A DNA stretch of 64,000 nt from Schizochytrium sp. TIO01 (GCA_004764695.1 SMSO01000006.1:1689859-1753858), one strand, 5' to 3'. Numbered from the stretch's first letter, positions 1-13,246 are shown. Translations and numbers: made by a program. Notes: generated from the letters alone by a model not told the origin.

Positions 1-2
1 TG

Positions 3-1096
3 CATCCACAGCAATTCGCTAACTTTCAACAACAACAACAACACAACCCCATGCAGAACAACATGGTGGCAATGAATAATAATAATAACAACAACAACAA
101 CAACAACAAACTACAACAACCACCCTCACAGAAAAGCTTGAGCAGCTCGCCAAGGTGGCCAAGCGTAACGCATTACGCAACAGCAACTCTTCTGGTAGCA
201 GCCCTAGCAGCTCCAACTCCTCGAGCAGCAGCAATAACAAGAAAACCAACCAATCACCTACCACTGCTAAACGCTCACGTTATGAATCAGTCTCAGATGA
301 CAACGAGGACGAGGACCAAGACGAGGACCAGGACCAGGACCAAGACGCCACTTTGTCCAGTGGCAGCACAACCAGCAACAAGAGGATGCGCAACTCCGTG
401 GATGACACTAAGACAGACAGTGGACGTAACTCTGAAGACTCGGCCTCCTCTAGCGACTGCACAGAGAGCAACAGTAGCATTATTGACTCTTCATCTCGCC
501 CAAACTACAGCCCTGAAGAAGCAGCCAAAAGAGCTTCTGAAGCAGCCGCCAAAGCCCAGCTACAGGTCCGCCATCTTCAGCAGCGTAAACGCCGTCGCCG
601 TGCACGCCGCAACCGTGCACCTGACTGCCCCCATAGCGATTACCGTGGTGTCTCCTGGCATCGTCGCGATCGTAAATGGCTTGCGCGTACTTGGATTAAT
701 GGCCGCATCGAACACCTTGGCTGCTTCCGCACAGAGGAAATGGCTGCCCTCGCCGTTGATCTTCGCACAATCGAACATTTCGGTCCCGATACAAAAAAAG
801 AGCTTAACTTTTCGGAACCAGAAGAACGCGAACGTCTGCGCCGCGAATTTGACTCTTCCGGCGAATTTAAGATTAAAACAGCACGTGAGCTTAATGGTCC
901 TGGCAATTATGCAGCCAGCAAAATGCCTGCGGGTATGCGCTTCACAACTGTCTTCATCCCTGGTTTCGGCCCTGTAGCTGCCGCCGCGCCCGCACAACCA
1001 GGCGCCCCCTTTGGGTACAATTATGACTTTGCGCCCGTTTTTGCCACACACATGCCGCAAGGCTTTCCTGCAAATTTACCACCACAACAAATGTAA
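3..1096 (+). CDS. AP2/ERF-domain transcription factor (5' probably truncated by the window edge; frameshift near 108-110)
   Basis: ORF 155-1096 has the AP2 domain YRGVSWHRRDRKWLARTWINGRIEHLGCFRTEEMAALAVDLR...LNF and a basic NLS-like QRKRRRRARR. Its frame is closed by TAA at 77-88 and the ORF starts at GTG. The Q/N-rich frame from position 3 (HPQQFANFQQQQQHNPMQNN...) joins it if one base is added in the AAC repeat. Confidence 0.85.
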
Positions 1097-1619
1097 AATG
1101 ACTGTCGTACATTTAAACTACTCTTACTTTTCTTAAATACCTTTCTTTGCTGATTTACTCTCCACTTCTTCATTTCGTAATCCTTCTCTGACTTCCAGTC
1201 GAACATACTATTTACATTGATTTGCATGCCCTTGATGCAATTTAATACACAGCCGCCGCATATACAAGACTTGAGAGAATAATAATTCTATCAGACCATC
1301 CTCAAATCAGATTTTCGAAAAAATGTAAGCGTAAAGACTTTTTCTGGTACATACTTCTTCTCGCCCTTCATCAACACATCATAAAATACTCTCTAGGGCG
1401 CGAGGAGTCAAAGGAACCATGTGCTTTGTATGTTTATGCCAGTCCATTTATCTTTGTCCAACAAGCTCTTGATCGTTTTTATTTTTTTATTTGCAAAACG
1501 TGTAATATTTATTCTTCTTGCAATCTTAGACGATAGCTTACTATGAATGAGTGACCTTTTAGCTGTCCTTCAATGTGCACTTGAATGAATCACCAAGAAC
1601 CGGATCATCTTTCACATGG

Positions 1620-2038
1620 CACTGAAAGAAGATTCTGGTCAGCTTTGAGGTTGACTGTAAAGATGAAGGCAAGGGTCTTGATGAAGGCTTTAAAAAGGCT
1701 GATTTGAGATTTAGCGAACTGCTGTCCTGGAGAATGAACTCCAGGACAGATGGACTCGTGTAGTAATTAAGAAGGCTAAGATATTCTTGCAGGTGTTGGA
1801 GATAATCGATGGGGTTAGGGGAATTCGACAGCTTCAACCATCGATTCAAGTTACACCATACTTGGATGTAGGTTATGTGTAGTCACACTTTTGCTTCTTG
1901 ACTCTGGCAGCCACATGAATCTGGCTGCCTACTCTCTTGCTCTATTGTAAGCCCTGTGTCTACTAGGGTTTCACAAATGGACGCCAAGAACTTGAGCAAT
2001 GTCTTGTCCACTAGTTCTATCGATTCGAGATCTCAGCA
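1620..2038. mobile_element. Solo LTR copy A (~419 bp) with 5-bp TSD CATGG
   Basis: Homologous end to end with 4964-5364 and, inverted, with 2973-3389. Ends CACTG (mutated TGCTG)...CAGCA. CATGG flanks it at 1615-1619 and 2039-2043. Confidence 0.85.
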
Positions 2039-2972
2039 CATGGTTCTTGTTTTCAGTGATCCTATAATTAATTTACATTCGGAACAGAAAAGGGACTTAA
2101 GATAGCAGGGGGGTGAAACCTCCATGTGAACACAAACGTACTTGCACATTTTACAAATACTAAATTGATGTCTGTAGAGACCAACAAAATGTGCTTGCGA
2201 CGTGCTCAAATAGATTGCAACTGGACGAACTCAAACCTGACGGCTAGAATAGATATGGTAGTCTAACTTCTTGGAAGACTTTTGCAGGAAGACACGATTC
2301 ACATATAATATCGAGATCATCTGACTCAAGAATAGTAATTTTATGACAAGAAGACCATCTAGCTGCAAGCCCAAACTATTTGCTTCCATTCGCCCCTCTT
2401 TGCTCGTACGTAAGGCTTTGACAGCGTTTCCCTCTGTAAGCCCCATGCTTTTTGAGCCTTAATCAACAGTCAGCAGTGATATATAGTATATCTTCTTCTC
2501 CTTTTTAATAAAGATCTCAAAACTGAAGTAAGAGTCTATGCTTAACAACGGATCGCGTAAAATTCTTCAGAATCTAAAGATTTTGCTTAATATAAATAGT
2601 ATACTAAGGAATTCCACAGTAGTGAATTGTAGTGATAACAAAGATTGACTGATTGTTTTGCCTTCTCGCAATATAAATTTTGCTTCCGCGATGGAGTTGA
2701 CTGCTAGTACTTAATTTTTAATAGAGGTTGGATGATTCGTATAGCTTGTTTTAATGCATTATTCACGTTATCGGTTCATAACTTATTTAAGTTCAACTTG
2801 TGCGCATGCAGCACCCTCGTACAGAAAAATATTTGATAGCGGCAGAATCTACGTCTTGTTCTGACCTTCAAAAATGTACAGATAAATAAATCAGGCCTTC
2901 AATTGATAAGTCTATTTTCCATTGCTCCCACTCATTCATCTATGGTACAACACATTTTATCGACTGTATAAT

Positions 2973-3389
2973 TGCTGAGATCTCCAATCGAAGGAACTAG
3001 TGGACAAGACATTGCCAGAGTTCTTGGTGTCCCTTTGTAAAACCCATTGGAAATAAGGTTTACATTAGAACAAGAATAAGCAGCCAGACTTATGTGGCTG
3101 CTGAAGCCAAGAACTAGAAGTGTGAATACACATCACCGACACCCAAGCTTGGTTTAGCTTGGATCGATGGTTGGAGAAGGTTGGATAACCTAACCCCATC
3201 GATTATCTCTAACCACATTCAAGAATGTCTTAATCTCCCTAAATTACTACATGAATCCATCTGTCCTGGAATTCATTCCCCAGGACAGCAGTTCGCTAAC
3301 ACTTAAATCAACCTTCTTATAACCTTCATCAAGCTTCTTGCCTTCATCTTTACAGTCAACCTCACGCTAATCAGTTTCACCTTCCAGCA
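2973..3389. mobile_element. Solo LTR copy C (inverted relative to A and B, more diverged) with 5-bp TSD ATAAT
   Basis: TGCTG...CAGCA termini (TG...CA inverted repeat). ATAAT at 2968-2972 and 3390-3394. The reverse complement aligns to copy A throughout. Confidence 0.88.
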
Positions 3390-4963
3390 ATAATGACTCA
3401 AGGTTGCTCAAGAATATCAACCCAAGCTTGCCCGGTAATCGCAGCAGCCCCTAGTAGCCAACCAAGGGATCTGAACAGTCCTTGATAGCTTGCCAAAGAT
3501 TATCATCTATTTCGAAGACTTATCAAGGAATTATGGTAGCTTATAGTTTTCTCGGACTACGGTTCAGAATTATGGACAATGAACTCCAGTAATCACTGAT
3601 GATAATGTCTTAATAGACGGTGTGTGCTGCGAGATGGGTTTTGTCAGCTGAAGTTCAATTTATCAATATGAGGGTAAGAGGATCGATGAACTTTGGCTTT
3701 TTGAGTTTGTGATTTGCTATCCCTTGAAACGATTTCCTGAAGGGACTGATTCATGTCATATTTAAAAGACTAAATTGAACTTGAGTTGCAATTGACACTA
3801 GACAATTGAGGAGTTGGGTAAACTCGAATGTTTAACCATCGTATTTAAACAAACTTTAATTCCAGCGAAAATGTAAGTCCATTTACAGTTCTCAGCTTCT
3901 CTTCGGTCCCCAATTACGCATTGGTTGTTGAGTTCTGATCCTGTCTAAATACTTATTCTAAAGTGCTTACAATTCAACTCCTATAGCTCTACCAACAAAT
4001 TATTTTTTATTGGAAAACCTCAGCACTATGATAGACCGAGAAGTCATGTTCGATATAGATATGTATGACTACCAGTACTGCGAATGCCAATGTGCAGTTT
4101 CAGTGCAAACATCTTATTGAATAAATGGATAAATACATTTGATACAAGCCCACGATTGATTAATTATGCTTAAGAATCCCCCAAAACACTAATTCACTTC
4201 GCTATTTTCCATGTAGTACATCTTGTGATACAAAGTTTGACCTGGCTTCAAACCCCATCTCCGAAGCCTGCAACGTCTGAAACTTTTCAATAAGAATTCA
4301 GTCTTAACATTCAACATTTTCTCATTAGATAGTCTCAAGTTGTGTCCGGTGGTCTCAAAAATCAGGGTTATCCAGAGTGCGTGTTCTGGCTCTGCCTACA
4401 TTATTGAATTGATCAGTGCTGGCACTGACATTTCAAACGATATTACAAACTGCAATACTCTACGCGAAACACCAGTAGAACGTAGTCCTTTAGAGTGGCT
4501 TTTGATACAAGAGGTGTTTTCTTAATCTCGAGATTCAACGAATCTGCGAAGGAGTTGCCCGCAGAAAAAAATGCATAATCATGGAATCATCCACAACGAA
4601 TATAGAAACGAGGCTGCAATCTCTTTAAAAGCATACAAAGTTTGCTGTGAAAGTCAATCACTTTTGTCGAATGCTTTCGCTGTGACTTTAGACTAGACAG
4701 ATACAGGTAGTATGTTATTGTGAAGCACAAATATCGTTGCGCGAGCTGCTCATACATCATCCATGCAGCTTCACATAATTTACAAGTGCAGGCCTCTTTG
4801 AAGGCTTTTACTGGTACATGTTTGAACTAGATGGTCTTTTGCCTCAAAGTTCTTTGTGGCTTCTAGTGGCCCATGGATAATAAAGTACTTCATTCTATCT
4901 CGAGAAGTTCTATTCAGAACAACTTGTGGGTACCTTTGCTCTATTCTTCCCTTTTAACTTTTC

Positions 4964-5364
4964 TGCTGTAAGATGATTCTGGTCAGCTTGGGGTTGACTG
5001 TAAAGATGAAGGCAAGGGTCTTGATGAAGGCTTTAAAAAGGCTGATTTGGGATTTAGCGAACTGCTGTCTTGGAGAATGAATTCCAGGACAGATGGACTC
5101 GTGTAGTAACTATGTAGGCTAATATATTCTTGCAGGTGTTGGAGATAATCGATGGGGTTAGGTAAATTCAACAGCTTCAACCATCGATTCAAGTTACACC
5201 ATACTTGGATGTAGGTTATGTGTAGTCACACTTTTGCTTCTTGACTCTGGCTGCCTACTCTCTTGCTCTATTGTAAACCCTGTGTCTACTAGGGTTTCAC
5301 AAATGGACGCCAAGAACCTTAGCAATGCCTTGTCCACTAGTTCCATCGATTAGAGATCTCAGCA
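4964..5364. mobile_element. Solo LTR copy B (same orientation as A)
   Basis: TGCTG...CAGCA termini and near-identical to copy A, apart from substitutions and a 17-bp deletion between short repeats (TCTGGC). Flanks TTTTC/CTTAC match only 3/5. Confidence 0.8.
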
Positions 5365-7381
5365 CTTACCATTTTACGGAGATTTAGTGCAAAACAAAAT
5401 AGTATATGGATTAACAAGTAGGAAAACGGAAACATCGTTAAGGCAAGACTTCACGAGGCTAAGAGGAACACCTTGTAAACCGTTATATGGACGCATGAAG
5501 AAGCGAAGGGAACGAAGCAAGCTTCAAGATGAGTTTGCAAGGAAAGGTGACAGTGGACCCAAATCATCCAGACACCGAGCCTCAAGCTATAGACATGTAA
5601 AATGCCTAGCTCCTAGATAAGCACAAAAACCTACGACAATTTTTCTTGAGAATGTCCAGGCTACACAATACTACATTTATCATGGATGGGGTATTTCAGG
5701 TCAAGCCTGGTGCGAATAAGCGTACTCAATGTTTCTAGGTCCTGCATTATGATTAGTCGCCGTAAGTGTGTACGAGAGGAATGTTGTAACGTTAAGGAAC
5801 TTTTTGTGAAATAGAATGTGCTCCTTAGAGAATATTTTTCACTTCCAAATCCTGCATCGTTTTCTAGTGTAGCAGTATCGCTGTTGGCGTTCACTTACTA
5901 TTGAGCATCTACTCAGAAGCATCTCCTGCTCAGAGCCCCGAGAACATAGTGAAGAAACCCCTAATGCGACGTATCTCATTACAATGGTCTCCTTTTGTAA
6001 TTTTCCGAAGGCTGTTATCCTAAATATGGTGCAATTCTTTTAAGTAATGATTCGAAAGAAGGATTTTCATGAATCTGGGTCTGAATTACGAACTCCTCTA
6101 GTGTTCTAAATCAACTATCGAGTAAACGTAACATGCAGATAAACCAAAAATATTGTAGACCTTATTTTTGAAATGCAGCTATTTTCACATGTGTGCTATT
6201 CATGAAGCTCGGAGGTTCACGGCCCGGTCTCTGTGCCTCGAACATCCAATACAGCTCAAAGACATAATACATCGTCACCAGTATCACGGAGATTTTGTAC
6301 AATCTCGCCCATAGCATGTAAACACGTTCCCTTGCTCCTGCATCATCCCATTTGAGAATGTATAACAGGGGTTGACAGGCGTGACATCTAGTATACGAAA
6401 TTATTCGTAGTTTAGGGTAATAAACTTTGTGAACGAGTTCACTAGTACCCAGTTGCCAGTGTCGGCAACCAAGCTCAACAGTTGAGGATTTGCAGTGACG
6501 TTGCGTGGGACCGATGGAGATATCAAAACTACGCCTTTGTAAATACTGACTTTTCGAAGTCAATAGTCTGCCGTTTTTTCGGTTCGTTTTTACGACTTTC
6601 AACATACAACCTACGTCAGTTTGCTGTCAATCCTACTAAAAGTCGCGACTTGCGGGACTGCTAAAGAAAAATGAACTCCAAAGTCTTTAGAGCAAACAAA
6701 AAGTTTTCAAGAGAAAGTATCGAACCAAGGTTTGTTTATCTTGATTCTTATGATATTTACAGCTAGACATGGGTTAGATTTCATGTATAGAGCATGATGC
6801 GCATTGCTGTGCGTGAAATGTGTATAAAACCCGGTACAGCGCTATGCAGAATTTCTCCCATCAAATATAATTTCACACATTCTTATTGTGTGTAGTATTA
6901 TCTGCCACTCTAATGTAGCTTTGGCGGCCATTAATTTGATGTATACTCTTCATCTTTAGCCTGATTTCAGGTTCTTGGGCTTACAGAGAATTGCTGTTGA
7001 CTTTTGCTATCTTACATCGACATTTTTCTCTGATTGGCAACTTCAATACGTATGAAATCTATGGTGATATAGTTTGTTTGTCAATGCTATTTGCAGGAAA
7101 GCATGGCCTCATCAAGTATAACCTCATTTGATGTACCATCGACGCACAACTCAACCCATTGTGAAAACAGGGTCCAAGAGTCCGAACTGTCAAACGTTTA
7201 ATAAGCATCACACTAACAACATCATAGATTCAAGTTCCTTTGTCTATGTATGGAAACGCTACTGATTGCAGTGATTGACTTTGCACCTTGCCAATTGTGA
7301 AGACCATTCAACTTCTAACGTATGAAATCGCATTCAGAAGGAGTAAGGAATAAGCTATACTCACCTTCCTCTCGTAAGCAC

Positions 7382-7510
7382 TGCTGAAACGTAGGTCCTG
7401 TCCAGCTTGAGGTTGACTGGGAAGATGAAGGCAAGATTCTTGAAAAGGTCGAACAAGACTTTAAGAGATAATATAAGTTTGGTGCCTTTTAGAGCTAGCG
7501 ACCTGCTGAT
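7382..7510. mobile_element. Degenerate fragment related to the LTR 5' end
   Basis: TGCTG start, then CAGCTTGAGGTTGACTGGGAAGATGAAGGCAAGATTCTTGAAAAGG, matching copies A/B (CAGCTTTGAGGTTGACTGTAAAGATGAAGGCAAGGGTCTTGATGAAGG). No right end found. Confidence 0.55.
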
Positions 7511-8770
7511 ATCCAAGGCAAATACCAAGGTAAAGTAGGTTGACTGATATATATTACATCAGGGCTGACTTTATGTGGATTACGCATGGTTGAGGTCAGT
7601 GCGAGTTCGATTTATCAATTACGAGGCCAACGATAACTCTTCCCCATTTTCTTGAATGTGCATGTGCACTGTGGATCTTGGCTTCATAGTTGAGTATCTA
7701 GTTCTTTCCCTCTATAACTCTTTCGGCATTGTAAGGCTGATATCAATGTGCCGAGGACTATGGAAATGTCCTTCCTTTGGTGATCTTGGCATTCACTTGA
7801 AGAGTCATGAGAAGGTGCATGGCGAGTAAGATCCGAACTACAACAGCTAACGTGAAGAGTTTGCAACACAAGGTAAAGTAACAAGCGATGAAGAATCAAT
7901 TCGTAGGTGGAAAAGTCCTCTGAGAAGAATTATGTCTTGGATGTCTGACTTACACCCTCATTTCAGCTTATCGTTGCTGTTACCAATAAAAGACTGCTTC
8001 TCTTTCATGTTACCCTGCAAAAGGAACAAATGCAGTTCCCCATGTTCATAATTTGCGCATTCAAAACTTTTCTTGCTACATATGTTGATTTCCTCATCTG
8101 ATAAAGTTCCTCCTCAAGCCATTTTAAACAATTATATGATTACACGGGAGGTCATTTTCTCATTTAATTTTGTCAACTACAAAAAAGGGTACCGTGATAG
8201 CAACGTTGAATTAACATGTAGCTTTGTGCAACTCTATGATATCTAACCTACTACCCATAAAAAAGGTATCATGCAAATAAATACTTTGTGGATAATGAGT
8301 GACACCATGCTTGTAAATTGCGGGTCTTGTCTATTACACTATTTTTGTCTGAGCTTGTCTGAAATGCATTGGTAAGAAAATTAACCTCAGTAGTGATTCC
8401 GCAAGAGGTTTATGGATATTCACCACGCTATGTTAGCCGAGTGCTCAAATACAGAGTGGCTACGAGTAGCATAGCAAATACCGGGGCGCTACTTTCTCAA
8501 GTATTGTCTCAGTGCAAATGGGCTAATGATTCTAGGGTCTGCGCAATCCACCAGCAAGCATTGCATGTCAAAATGTGAGGATATTCAACCTCAGCATTTG
8601 CTTTGTCGCAGTCTAGTATTTGCAAAGCATGTTCTTCGATCAAAAATGTCTGCGTCTCTGGCCTCGCGATAGCTTCCTTCCTTCCTGGTGTATTCGTTGG
8701 CAGTTCGAGGGGTATTTTGCGTCTCTACAGAATCTGCCGATCCACTAAATGTATTCTCGAGTTGAACTGA

Positions 8771-8785
8771 GTTTGTTTGTTTGTT

Positions 8786-8821
<36 letters not shown>

Positions 8822-8823
8822 GG
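8771..8823. repeat. (GTTT)/(TTG)n microsatellite
   Basis: Directly visible tandem repeat. Confidence 0.9.
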
Positions 8824-10013
8824 GAAGTGCCTCTTGCCTCATGAATGCACAAAATACTTGAATCTATGGGCAACCTTGAGGACGCCATCGAAATAAGTTC
8901 GGTGCGTTTCTTGACGAAGAATTCAAGTGACAAGACCTTAAACGGATACTACTGTCATGGATGCAATCATGTAAAATCAGCACGAACCGTCCCAAGTCTC
9001 GCGGCCATGAGGCTCGTGGATCCGGAAGCAGTCTATGTATATTCGCTTTAACAGGTAACATAGACCTTCTTTAATCATGGAGCGCCATCAAACAATGACG
9101 TCTCAATTTTATCCGATTTCACGAACGAGTTTTTATGAATGTCGTAAAAACTATAAGATTTCTCAAAAAACAAAATGAGATTATAAGCATTCATTTCATC
9201 TCGTGCAGGGACCTCCCTCTCCCATCTCAATACTCAGAGAGACTACGTCTTTTGATGTTCTCACTTTATAAGTCACGATTTATTACTCAAAAAACCTGTT
9301 CTTGATCTAGCGGACGTTGGTCCCCTCTTCAGCGCTCGCGACCACGCTTCAGTCAATCACCCAATTACTTACTGCATAGCATATCACACCCTCATTACCT
9401 ACCTGCGGCTGTAACATATGAATTGCATTCCACATATAGTCACAGCTTCCCATATAACACAAAATGCGCAAGCCAGCTCACTAGCTCAGGTCAAACACAG
9501 CAGCAACACAGCCACTCACTCATCAAAATGCCGCTTTCCCAGATCCTGTCTCCATCCACGAGGCCGCCTTCCTCAACACCTATCTATAATAAGGCCAAGG
9601 CCGCTCGCTGCCTTTGTTTTGTCCTCTGTCTGAAGTTATTCGTCCTCATCAGTGACATTCAATAGGTCATTGTAATAGTATCTATTATCCTCTGAGGGCT
9701 CGGGACAGGGCCTGGTGGCGCACACACTTCACGCTTTGTTACTTTTGGCTCTTTCTTTATTTGCCAAAAAAAAACAATTTTTAAAGGAAAAGATCAAACG
9801 ATACGATTGGCGGAAAGGAAACAAAGAAAGAAAAATGAAAAAAAGAAAACAATGATTTAATAATGATCCGTTATGATCACGTCTACTGTCGTTTCCATCC
9901 GTCAACTTCATCATTCGTGAGAGAAATTTTGATCGCCGGAGAAACACCCTTTCGTTTCTGAAGTGCCTTTATGCTTTCTGAACAGAAATGCCATGGTCTC
10001 CATCGAGACCCAC

Positions 10014-10160
10014 TATTCGTTATTCATTCGTTATTCATTCGTTATTCATTTATTCATGAGCCTTCATTCATTTACTTACTTATTCACTTAATCATTATTC
10101 ATGAGCCTTCATTCATTCATTCATTCATTCATTCATTATTTATGGGCCTTCATTCATTCA
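10014..10160. repeat. Degenerate (ATTC)n array with a ~45-bp higher-order unit (ATGAGCCTTCATTCATT x3)
   Basis: TATTCATGAGCCTTCATTCATT at ~10051 and ~10096; variant TTTATGGGCCTTCATTCATTC at ~10139. Confidence 0.8.
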
Positions 10161-13100
10161 CTCGCCCTCGTTCTCCTCCTCGAGGATAGTGCAGCATCGG
10201 AAAATTGCTGCGGCGAGAACCTCACGGTTCAGAAGTTCATTGGTGACGTTGCTATTTTCTTAGAACAGGTGCTGGTGGCGGCTTGAGATGAGCGACCATT
10301 GATTGCCAAGTGCTGCTCAGACGAGAGAGCGCTCATTTGTCACACACGAATCATCGCTAAAAACTTATAGCCATTGACGCCCTCTGCAGAGCACGGTCTC
10401 ATCCTCATCAGATCAACTGGGATCAACTGAGATCAGATCAGAGTCGCTCAGATCAGGCTGCGATTGAGATCCTCTGTCCTCGCGAAGAAGGCCCTCGAAG
10501 AGTCCCACGCGAGCATACGAAAGGGCGCTCTTCGCAAGCCAAGATGTCAAAGGCCGTTCGTTCATTCTCTGGAGCACGGACCGCCGTGAGCTCGACTGGA
10601 TTTGATGGCTTTGGGTCCTGGCCCGTCCGCGGAGTCGAAGCCGCGAAGAAGACAGCGGCACTAGCTCGAGGAGACAGCCTCGGCGGCGCTTGGGAAGAGA
10701 TAAGGCGCAATCAAACGATTGATTGGCAATCGCAGCGAAGGCTTTAAAGCGTCGCACATTTTAGAGTCTTCAACAAGTATACATACATACATAAATGCAG
10801 ACTTACAGAAGACGATGCAGTATGCATTTTGATGGCCTGCACGCGTAATGCAAACAAACCAAACAGACCAAAGCGGCGCTGCTTGAGCTTGAGCTGGTTC
10901 TCTCGAGGAAGCCGGACGCTCTCGAAGGCAAACATTCGCAAACAAACAGTTTGGACGGCCACTTATTGCGTCTTCGGAGAATGAGCGATCATCGCAATTC
11001 TGCGATACGAGCATTTGTTTCCCTTTCTTTTTCATTTTCTCATTTGTTTGGTTGAAAATATATGATTGGGGAACACGGGGAACGGGGGCGTCCCCTACGA
11101 CCCCTTCCTGGGACACACTCGCAGGCGCAGCTGTGGGGAGCGCAGTGTCAGATTCGTCAAGCTTGAAGCGTCCCTCAGACTGTTCTGCACTGGGGCCTTT
11201 TTCCACCTAAAAGTATCCAGTGGGTATGAGGGGACAGAGGGCGAAAAGGCACAGAAACTATTTATAACTTGGAAGTGTGGGATGGGAGGGAAGACGGGCA
11301 ACCGCGGTCCCTCCCTCGGCCGCGACCCACAAAAATGAGGGGGCGAGTGCTACAGTTTACGGCATATGGGCATTAAATGTCGAGGGGGTTTGAAATCCAA
11401 GCCAATCAGCAGAGTAGAAAATAAGAACGAAATCCCCTAAAATTAAATTATCTCTGGTAGATTTTTTTAATATTAATTGTTCGTTCTGCTTAATTAAAAT
11501 AGCTATTTTCTTTTACTCAGGTCTTTCTAAAAACTTTTTTAAATTTTAAAGAAACATTTTTATAAAAATCAAATTTAAAAATCAATGCTGCCATTGCACA
11601 AGGTGGTTGCCAAGAACCAATCGTACAGGTAGTGGTAGGTGGCGTTTAAGATTCTGTCTGGTGAGGGGAAAGTGGCCTAACCTTCAACACGAAAATAATG
11701 TAAAATCATTTTTATTTTAAAATAAAACGAAACAAAACAAAATAAAACGAAACGAAAGAAACAAAGAAAGAAAGAAAGAAGAGGTTAAACCTCGTGAAAG
11801 AAGATGAAGAACCAAAAGAGTGGAACTCGCTCCTTCCCTCACTCGCGGAAGGCCCCTCAGTTTAAGCGCGCACACACACACGTACATAGATAAGAAACAT
11901 ACATACACACATGAAGCCTCTCGAAGCCTCTACCTTCGTTCAACTTCTTCTGCTCCCGCTTCTACCGCCCATCCATTCCGAGTCAACAAGCCGGAGGCTC
12001 CAAAGACGTGGCTTGGGATCCACCATCAGCTCAGAACGAGGTCCCCATCAATGACGGACTGCTCTGCAGTAGCGTCTGCTCTTTTCACTTTTCATCCAAG
12101 ACTTTGGTAACCTGCAAAACAATCAACCAATACCTGACAGCTCCAAAGGAGGGGGCGGGAAAAACCGACCTGGAGGATGGAAAGGATGGAAAGGAAGTCG
12201 AAGAAGCCCTGTTGAACTTTAGATCACAATTCGTAGGAAAGCTTAGGGATACTGCATGCACACATGCCTACCTCACCTCAAGCAAGCTGTACGCATATAT
12301 GTCTATCGATCTAATTATCTGTCCATCTATAGATTGATGGATAGTTGAAGATACCTACATTTAGAATTGCATGGGGTCGATCGCCCAACAAGGGCTGGTG
12401 GGATGCTGGGGATTGTGCTGCTCAAGGCCTGCTTTGAAGGTCGGTTTGAGCTATGGAGGGAAGCTCAGCCAGACTCGGACCCTGGTTTGAGGCTTGAGAA
12501 ACCAGCGCATGGAAGAGAGTGAGTGAGGGAGTGGACAGAGTATTACTGTTTGGCTCGAGTGGAGGAGGCGAACGCGAGCAAGGGCTTACGCGGGGAGCTG
12601 TCGTAATGCGAAGGATTGCAGGCACTCACGTGCCTACTTCTTTGAAAGTTTGGTGTTTCTACGCGGATGAACACTGAGGGTGCGGGTCTCCTGAGTAGAC
12701 AACTTCTGGACGTTGACGCTAGTGAGGTACCTACTTGTGGGCGTTGATGGACACTGACTTGCTCTTCGCTGTGCTAGCAGCTGTAGCTAGTTTGTCAAGA
12801 TGCTGTGTCTCTGAAGAAAGGTTTCCAAAGCCTCGGGGAACAACCGTGACAGCGATTGGCGCTATTTGAAGATGGTGTCACGAACAGCTTCAGGTTTCTT
12901 CGTCTTCAAGTTGTCAAACACCAGCCCTAACGTTAGGAAGGTGTTGTTGTGGCCAAAAGCAAGTTCTTCAACCGTAAGTGCTAACTTGCTCATCGACGAG
13001 GGAAGTGCCATGAATGACAAATCGGACATTTGAGCAACTCCGCATTTGCTGCTCGAGCAGGCACGGTTCTCTCACTCGACGGGACCTCCCGTTCTTTGAA

Positions 13101-13207
13101 GAACTTCAAAACCCGCCATTGCGATCGCACTCTCCAAGATCGCCCCGTACAAGCAGCAGCAATCACAGCAGGCAAAACTTGCTTCGTTATTGGCCAGGCA
13201 GGGTACA

Positions 13208-13208
<1 letters not shown>

Positions 13209-13246
<38 letters not shown>
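13209..13246. repeat. (GCT)n microsatellite
   Basis: Directly visible. Confidence 0.95.

Noticed and set aside
51-977. 308-aa ORF as an independent gene
   Set aside because: Beyond ~110 it is an out-of-frame reading of the AP2 CDS with no recognisable domain.
1620-5364. Copies A and B as the two LTRs of one full-length retrotransposon
   Set aside because: Copy A has its own perfect TSD, the outer flanks do not match, there is no purine tract before B, and no gag/pol ORF lies between them.
6162-6605. 147-aa minus-strand ORF as a transposase or retroelement protein
   Set aside because: No DDE, RT, integrase or gag motif recognised.
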